Assembly (NCBI GenBank): GCA_963749345.1 | Contig: CAVVMO010000004.1 | Coordinates: 3,053,358 to 3,117,357, forward strand | Direction of reading: 5' to 3' | From: an uncultured Bacteroidales bacterium | GTDB taxonomy: Bacteria > Bacteroidota > Bacteroidia > Bacteroidales > JAADJA01 | Length of the DNA: 64,000 bases | In this document: positions 58,556 through 64,000 of the stretch, piece by piece | Position numbering within the stretch: position 1 is the first letter of the stretch | Layout of the letters: each line of letters starts with the position of its first letter | The notes under the pieces: model-generated | What the model saw: the letters and a program-made list of their open reading frames with translations, nothing else | The model's database searches: none | Told to the model about the DNA's origin: nothing | Program-made: the position numbers and the translations under genes

Positions 58556-58897
58556 CTAAATTGATAATTTAAAATCTTTTTGCAACCGATGCCTGTCTTT
58601 TTCTTCGGAAACAAACAATATCTGTATGAGTTCTTCATTTGGCTTCGAGACGGCTACTATCGTCGCCTCCTCAGCCTGACCCTTTTGCAGTTGCTTTATA
58701 AGCCACCTTTTAAGGGTGATTCTTTCTTCAAGGGTATTGATATTGATAGCCTCTTTGACGTCTTCCAGGTAAACGTATTCACGTTTTTCGGTTATGTTGT
58801 GATGGGTGTTTAGCTCAACAAACAGGCGAGCTGCTGTTTTCTTTTTTTCTTCCTGTCCAGAGAATACACCTGAGCGTCTTGCAAATTTAGGATTCAT
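58556..58897 (-). CDS. Hypothetical protein (mobile-element context)
   Basis: 113-aa ORF. No motif recognised. Confidence 0.35.
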   Translation of the reverse strand: MNPKFARRSGVFSGQEEKKKTAARLFVELNTHHNITEKREYVYLEDVKEAININTLEERITLKRWLIKQLQKGQAEEATIVAVSKPNEELIQILFVSEEKDRHRLQKDFKLSI

Positions 58898-59068
58898 GAT
58901 TATATTTTAATCAAAAATGAAAGGGCAAGGTAGAAAATTCGATTGAGAATATAGGATTTGGAGATAAATAGTTTAGAAGGATTTTGGAAAGGGGGAATGT
59001 TTAGAATTAGTATTTTATATGAAAAAGGACGATATTATCTTTGTATCATTAATTTTAATATAATAAAT

Positions 59069-59353
59069 ATGCATTACGAACTATTAACGAGGGCTGATCT
59101 GGAGGAGTTCAGATCGTCATTGATTGAAGAAATCAAGGGTATACTTAATGAGAAGCCACAACAAGAAAAATGGCTTAAAACAAGGGAGGTTATGAACCAA
59201 CTGAAATGTTCAGTAGGGAAACTACAGACCCTTAAAAAAAGCGGATTGCTTGAATATACCAAAGTACAGGGTACTATCTATTATGCCGCAGATAGTATTA
59301 TTAAACTGATGCACGGCAAGGGTGAATATGATAAAAAATATTTTAATAACTAA
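59069..59353 (+). CDS. Excisionase/MerR-like helix-turn-helix protein
   Basis: From ATG 59069: MHYELLTRADLEEF...WLKTREVMNQLKCSVGKLQTLKKSGLLEYTKVQGTIYYAADSI, the typical Bacteroides mobile-element HTH pattern. Confidence 0.55.
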   Translation: MHYELLTRADLEEFRSSLIEEIKGILNEKPQQEKWLKTREVMNQLKCSVGKLQTLKKSGLLEYTKVQGTIYYAADSIIKLMHGKGEYDKKYFNN

Positions 59354-59611
59354 ATGGTAAATATGAAGGTAAAGACAGAATTAACATTAGATTTTTTACA
59401 AACGAGAAACCTGAATGGATATTCAGGAGAAGAATTATTGAATTTATATTGTGATTTTGTTCTTAAATTAATTGCAAGATTAAGGATTGTTTCCGGTACT
59501 GGGGGGCCTGCAATGCAAAGGGTAAGTGAAGAATTATTCAAAGCAAAGTATTTATTAGTCCTTATAGATGATGGGGATTATCAAAATCAAGATTATGATT
59601 ATAATATGTAA
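59354..59611 (+). CDS. Hypothetical protein
   Basis: 85-aa ORF starting immediately after the upstream stop. Confidence 0.3.
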   Translation: MVNMKVKTELTLDFLQTRNLNGYSGEELLNLYCDFVLKLIARLRIVSGTGGPAMQRVSEELFKAKYLLVLIDDGDYQNQDYDYNM

Positions 59612-59649
59612 GCAGGCAATATATAATAAACAAAAAACCAGCTAGAGGA

Positions 59650-60834
59650 ATGGAGAAAAACAATATAATACAGATTGAAAAAATAGAAGATTATTTACGG
59701 ATACACTATGAGTTTAAGTTCAACGTGGTACTGAACAAAATAGAATACAAAAGACGCTCAGGAACTGATTACATACTAATGACAGATTATTACGAAAATT
59801 CCATATTGAGAGAATTACTAAAGAATGATATAAAATGTTCGCAACACGCCTTAAGAAATATACTATACTCTGATTTCAGCAGGAAATATGATCCTTTTAT
59901 GGAATATTTTAGTTCATTAGATCCATGGGATGAAACGACTGATTACATTAATGAACTTGCACAAACGGTAAACACCACGGACAATGAACTGTGGCAGCGG
60001 GTGTTTTGCAAGTGGATTGTCGCAGTTGTAGCATCTTTATTGGATAATGATGTTGTCAACCATACTGTACTGATATTTAGCGGGCCGCAAGGAATCGGGA
60101 AAACATCATGGATGCTTAACTTGATCCCAAAAGCCCTGGGTGACTATATTTATTCCGGTATGATAAATCCGAATAATAAGGATACATTGATACAACTGAG
60201 TGAATGTATGCTAATAAATATGGATGAACTGGAAAACATGAATCGCACGGAAATAGGAAGTTTTAAAGAATACATCACAAAAAAAGTGATTAGATTTAGA
60301 AGGCCTTATGGATATAATAGTGAAAACTTCACGCGCAGGGCGTCTTTTATGGGATCATTGAACTCATCACAGTTTTTAAACGATCTGACAGGGTCAAGGC
60401 GATTTCTTTGCTTTTTGGTAAAGGAAGTTAATTATAAACACGAAATAAATATGGATAATGTCTATGCACAAGCCTTGCATCTTTATAATAGAGGTTTCCA
60501 TTATTATTTCAATGAAAATGAAATAGAGGAAATGACTAAAAACAATGAAGAATATCAAATAAGAACTGCAGAAGAGGAATTGTTACTAACGTGGTTTGAA
60601 CAAGTGCCTGTAGAACAGGCAACTAATTTTTATACCGCCACAGATATAATGACTAAACTAGCAGAAAATAGCAAAATGTCGGTTAATAATGGTAGTTTAA
60701 TGTCAATGGGCAAAGCACTGAGGAAGCATAATTTTATAAGGACAAAACGCAACGATAGATATGTGTATGCTGTTAGAGCCAAAAATTATGGGGAAGTAGA
60801 AAAAGAAACCAGACAAAAAAGGAAGGTGGTATAG
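59650..60834 (+). CDS. VirE/VapE-family P-loop NTPase (primase-associated, mobile-element replication/transfer)
   Basis: VLIFSGPQGIGKTSW (Walker A) and LINMDELENM (Walker B). The size and context are typical of Bacteroides mobilisable elements. Confidence 0.65.
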   Translation: MEKNNIIQIEKIEDYLRIHYEFKFNVVLNKIEYKRRSGTDYILMTDYYENSILRELLKNDIKCSQHALRNILYSDFSRKYDPFMEYFSSLDPWDETTDYINELAQTVNTTDNELWQRVFCKWIVAVVASLLDNDVVNHTVLIFSGPQGIGKTSWMLNLIPKALGDYIYSGMINPNNKDTLIQLSECMLINMDELENMNRTEIGSFKEYITKKVIRFRRPYGYNSENFTRRASFMGSLNSSQFLNDLTGSRRFLCFLVKEVNYKHEINMDNVYAQALHLYNRGFHYYFNENEIEEMTKNNEEYQIRTAEEELLLTWFEQVPVEQATNFYTATDIMTKLAENSKMSVNNGSLMSMGKALRKHNFIRTKRNDRYVYAVRAKNYGEVEKETRQKRKVV

Positions 60835-61242
60835 AATGAAATATGGGTAAGGTAGGTAAGTAATTATTCCATAAATGATTTAATATAGTTGATTGATTAT
60901 ATTAAAACATTAGTTTATATAAAATTATGTTACCTTACCTTACCTACTTACAAATGCTATTTTTTAATTTTAATGTGATAAAATAACCAGCATTTTCAAG
61001 CATGGAAGTAATAATGACAGGACAATCCCTCTTTACAAGGGGGATTGTTTTATTTTATATGAAGAGTAAAAGATTTCATTAATTCCGCTTAACCATCCTA
61101 CCGTTTTCTGCTTCGCAACAAAATATTTGCCCTTATTCTTTTTAAATGAAATAACGTTATATATTTGCTAAATTCATTAGCATGTAGAATCTGAATTATT
61201 TCATTGTAGTTTATTTTAATTTGAAGTATAATAATTAAACGT

Positions 61243-63651
61243 ATGGGCCGCAACGAAGCTGAAACCAGGTTTTACCTGATCGATCCGGTATTAAGGGAAA
61301 AAGGGTACAACGATATACAAAGGCTTAAGCTGGAAACTCCTGCGCCTGTGGAACCAATAGGAGCAAAAGGCCGGAGGAAAAAGGGAGCAGGTCGGACGGA
61401 TTATTTGTTGTGTGTTCAGGTTGGTGACATGCCCAGGCCTTTACCTGTAGGAGTTTTAGAAGCGAAGAAAGAGGACGAAGACCCGCTCAAGGGGATGCAG
61501 CAGGCCAAAGGATATTCCGACTGTGAACGGTTTGATGTAAAATATGTTTTTGCCACCAATGGCCATCTTTATGGTGAATTTGATCATTTTACAAGTTTGC
61601 AAAAGGGTCCTTATCCATTTGTTGAATTTCCGCCTCACCCTGACCTCTGTGACCGATATGCACGGGACACAGGCATAAATATTACTTCCCCGGAATCTAA
61701 AATATTGTTCATGCCCGACAGCCCCGCATGGTCGCAATCGCGTTACTACCAGGATGCGGCAATCCGTGCAGCGTTTGAAAAAATACTCTTATGCAGACAA
61801 AATAATGAACCAGCACGTGTATTGTTATCATTAGCCACCGGTTCCGGTAAAACCATAATTGCAGCGAATTTGCTTTGGCGTTTGCACGAAGCTGAACAAT
61901 TGCCCAAACCGGCTTTATTCATTTGCGACAGGGATGAACTCCGTGAACAGGCATACACCAAGTTGACAGCAGCTTTTGGTGATAATGTCCGCATTGTAAA
62001 ATCAGTGAGGGGTGAGAACACAGCCCGGAATGCCCGCATCCACATCGCCACTTATCAGACACTTGGGTTGGATGATGAAACAGCGGAAGAACAGGTTGCC
62101 AGCTTTTTAACAGAACATTATCCGGAAAATTCTTTTAGTGTTATCATCATCGACGAATGTCACCGCTCTGCCTGGGGCCGTTGGTCGGAAGTTCTGAAAA
62201 GGAATCCCGATGCCATACACATTGGTTTGACAGCCACTCCTCGGGAATTGTATGAAAGAAAAGATGCTACGCCGGAAGATAGTGAAATAACGGCCAATAA
62301 CCTGAAATACTTTGGTAAGCCGGTTTATGAATACACCCTGGTTGAAGCCCAGGAAGATGGCTATCTCGCTGCTTGTGAGATAATGAAACGCAAAGCCTCA
62401 ATTGATTCACGGGTATTCACCAAACAGGAGATATTAGATGCAAAAGCAATAAACATTAAAACCGGCAAACCGTTAACAAAGGAAGACCTTACCAAAGACC
62501 AGTATACAGGTAAAGATTTTGATGATGAAATTTTCATTGAGTTACGCACTCCGGCCATGTGTGCCGACCTCTTTAAGCTGTTGTGTCTGAATGGTGGCCC
62601 CGAACAAAAGGTGATTATCTTTTGCACACGTGAAATTCATGCCGACCGTGTGGCCATGTACATGAATAATCTTTATGTAAACTGGTGCAGGGAAAAAGGT
62701 AAAACCCCGAAAGACCATTATGCCTTTAAATGTATGGGTGGAGCCAACAATGGTTCGGATATGATTGAACCCATGCGTGGCTCTGGTGAACGTGCTTTCA
62801 TTGCCTGTACGGTCGATTTGCTGGAAGCAGGTGTGGACATTGAGCGCCTCAATGCTGTGGTATTTTTCCGCTACCTGAAATCTTCCATCAAGTTTTATCA
62901 GATGGTAGGACGTGGTACACGCATCCATGAAGAAACGAGGAAATATAAATTCTGGTTGTACGATTACACCGATGTAACTGAACTTTTTGGAACCGACTTT
63001 ATTTCTAAACCTCCTCGTCCTGGCGGTGGCGGTGGTGCTGAAGGACCAGGAGGAGGTGGTGGAGAAGGTCCGGGTGAAGGTCCTGTAATCGGTGAAGTCC
63101 AGGGTCATCAGGTAAGGGTAACTCCCAAAGGCCGCTTCATTCTCAGCAGCCGTGATGGAAAAGACGTAGCCATTCCGGTGGATGAATACCGCGCAGAGGT
63201 GATCAGGAGGGTAATAAGTGAAGCGCACACTTTCGATGATTTCCGTAGGCTCTGGATCGAAACCCAGCAACGGCAGCAGCTGATTAAGCATTTGCTCGAC
63301 GCCAATTTCTCACCTGCTGTCATACAGGAAATGGATAAAATGACCGATTACGACCTGTTCGATTTCTTTGGGCATTACGGCTATAAAACACAGGCGCTGA
63401 AACGTATTGAAAGAGGGAACAACTATATTTCCAATAATGCCAATTGGTTTGATCAAATGGATAAAAAACCGGCCATAGTTCTTAAAGGGCTTGGTCACCA
63501 GTTTGCGCTGGGCGGTACGGATGCCCTCGAAACTCCCGCCCTCTGGGAAGTACCCGAAATTAAAATAGCAGGCGGTTTGGATGCTTTGAAGTTATTGGGT
63601 TCCCCCGGCAAAATAATTAGGAATGCTAAAGAAAGGTTGTTTGCAGCATGA
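61243..63651 (+). CDS. hsdR: Type I restriction enzyme R subunit (EcoEI-like C-terminus)
   Basis: N-terminal NEAETRFYLIDPVLREKGY (HSDR_N), LATGSGKTIIA (motif I), IIIDECHRS (DECH), QMVGRGTR (VI), and a C-terminal region resembling the EcoEI R C-terminal domain. Confidence 0.85.
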   Translation: MGRNEAETRFYLIDPVLREKGYNDIQRLKLETPAPVEPIGAKGRRKKGAGRTDYLLCVQVGDMPRPLPVGVLEAKKEDEDPLKGMQQAKGYSDCERFDVKYVFATNGHLYGEFDHFTSLQKGPYPFVEFPPHPDLCDRYARDTGINITSPESKILFMPDSPAWSQSRYYQDAAIRAAFEKILLCRQNNEPARVLLSLATGSGKTIIAANLLWRLHEAEQLPKPALFICDRDELREQAYTKLTAAFGDNVRIVKSVRGENTARNARIHIATYQTLGLDDETAEEQVASFLTEHYPENSFSVIIIDECHRSAWGRWSEVLKRNPDAIHIGLTATPRELYERKDATPEDSEITANNLKYFGKPVYEYTLVEAQEDGYLAACEIMKRKASIDSRVFTKQEILDAKAINIKTGKPLTKEDLTKDQYTGKDFDDEIFIELRTPAMCADLFKLLCLNGGPEQKVIIFCTREIHADRVAMYMNNLYVNWCREKGKTPKDHYAFKCMGGANNGSDMIEPMRGSGERAFIACTVDLLEAGVDIERLNAVVFFRYLKSSIKFYQMVGRGTRIHEETRKYKFWLYDYTDVTELFGTDFISKPPRPGGGGGAEGPGGGGGEGPGEGPVIGEVQGHQVRVTPKGRFILSSRDGKDVAIPVDEYRAEVIRRVISEAHTFDDFRRLWIETQQRQQLIKHLLDANFSPAVIQEMDKMTDYDLFDFFGHYGYKTQALKRIERGNNYISNNANWFDQMDKKPAIVLKGLGHQFALGGTDALETPALWEVPEIKIAGGLDALKLLGSPGKIIRNAKERLFAA

Positions 63652-64000
63652 TAAAAGAAAAGAAATATTTAAAAGAAATATGTGAACTTATTATGGGACA
63701 ATCACCATCAAGTGATTCTTATAATAATATTGGTAATGGTTTGCCTTTTTTTCAAGGTAAGTCAGAATTTGGGGAAATTTTTCCATCAGCTGTGAAATGG
63801 TGTACTTCGCCAAAAAAAATTGCCTTACCAGGTGATATTTTAATTTCTGTTAGAGCTCCTGTTGGGCCTACTAACCTTGTTAAAGAGAAATGTTGTATTG
63901 GAAGGGGTTTGGCCGCAATTCGTCCAATACCCGACAAAATTGATAGAGATTTTTTATGGTTACAATTACAATATTTAGAGGATTATATAACTGGTAAGGG
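63648..64000 (+). CDS. hsdS: Type I restriction-modification S subunit, 5' part (runs off the window)
   Basis: ATGA overlap with the hsdR stop. MIKEKKYLKEICELIMGQSPSSDSYNNIGNGLPFFQGKSEFG...GDILISVRAPVGPTN...GRGLAAIRP matches the usual first target-recognition-domain pattern. Confidence 0.65.
   Translation, partial: MIKEKKYLKEICELIMGQSPSSDSYNNIGNGLPFFQGKSEFGEIFPSAVKWCTSPKKIALPGDILISVRAPVGPTNLVKEKCCIGRGLAAIRPIPDKIDRDFLWLQLQYLEDYITGK

Larger units (their letters stand above)
58556..64000. mobile_element. Fragment of a Bacteroidota-type mobilisable/integrative element carrying a type I R-M cargo (boundaries not in view)
   Basis: Excisionase-like HTH plus a VirE/VapE-like NTPase followed by hsdR-hsdS. 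No integrase or relaxase is visible in the window. Confidence 0.35.

Noticed and set aside
62542-63291. 249-aa minus-strand ORF antisense to hsdR
   Set aside because: It lies entirely within a gene that has all the helicase motifs. This is a typical shadow frame in a locally GC-richer region.
1-64000. CRISPR arrays, rRNA genes, retron/DGR reverse transcriptases, integrases and transposases
   Set aside because: I scanned intergenic regions and ORF translations. I found no regularly spaced direct repeats, no RT (YxDD), and no tyrosine/serine recombinase or DDE motifs.

Overview
Low-GC chromosomal window that looks Bacteroidota-like. Supporting signs are a T9SS-type C-terminal sorting tail, giant secreted proteins built from 'Fibrobacter succinogenes major paralogous' (FISUMP) domains, and Bacteroides-style mobilisable-element genes. 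Layout: (1) 1-17.8 kb holds ordinary core genes: PfkB sugar kinase, T9SS-tailed secreted protein, macro-domain deacetylase, NfeD protease, inositol monophosphatase, two tandem PAS hybrid sensor kinases, EamA transporter, DUF218 protein, Omp85-like barrel, carbamate kinase, ornithine carbamoyltransferase and a GroES-like protein. (2) 17.9-32.2 kb is a ~14 kb accessory island bracketed by two tRNA-3'-end-like repeats and filled with nucleic-acid-targeting genes. One arm is a divergent degenerate-HNH plus agmatine-deiminase-fold pair. The other is a tightly packed five-gene operon: unknown 198-aa protein, PLD-nuclease/SNF2-helicase fusion, 1167-aa Eco57I-like N6A methyltransferase, ABC-type ATPase, and a DUF4276/Toprim-like protein. 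It also carries gene debris with an 18-bp perfect inverted repeat and a DUF262-DUF1524-AlbA_2 (GmrSD-like) fusion. This operon is my best candidate for a non-canonical defence system. (3) 33.1-37.0 kb is a 1314-aa secreted papain-like/dockerin-like/3xFISUMP protein. (4) 37.1-45.3 kb is a decayed prophage head/packaging module (portal, capsid, protease, scaffold, TerS, TerL) riddled with frameshifts. (5) 45.3-47.4 kb has two related GC/purine-rich non-coding elements with long nested helices flanking a frameshifted FISUMP gene. (6) 47.4-50.7 kb is a conspicuously AT-rich, tightly packed (overlapping or near-abutting) membrane/vWA-like cassette of unknown function. (7) 50.7-58.5 kb has an EEP-family secreted nuclease/phosphatase and an 1809-aa LamG/6xFISUMP protein. 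(8) 58.5-64.0 kb is a fragment of a mobilisable element (excisionase-like HTH, VirE/VapE-like NTPase) carrying a type I R-M locus (hsdR, partial hsdS). No CRISPR array, rRNA or intact tRNA was recognised. All domain calls rest on motif reading by eye, and no database search was run.
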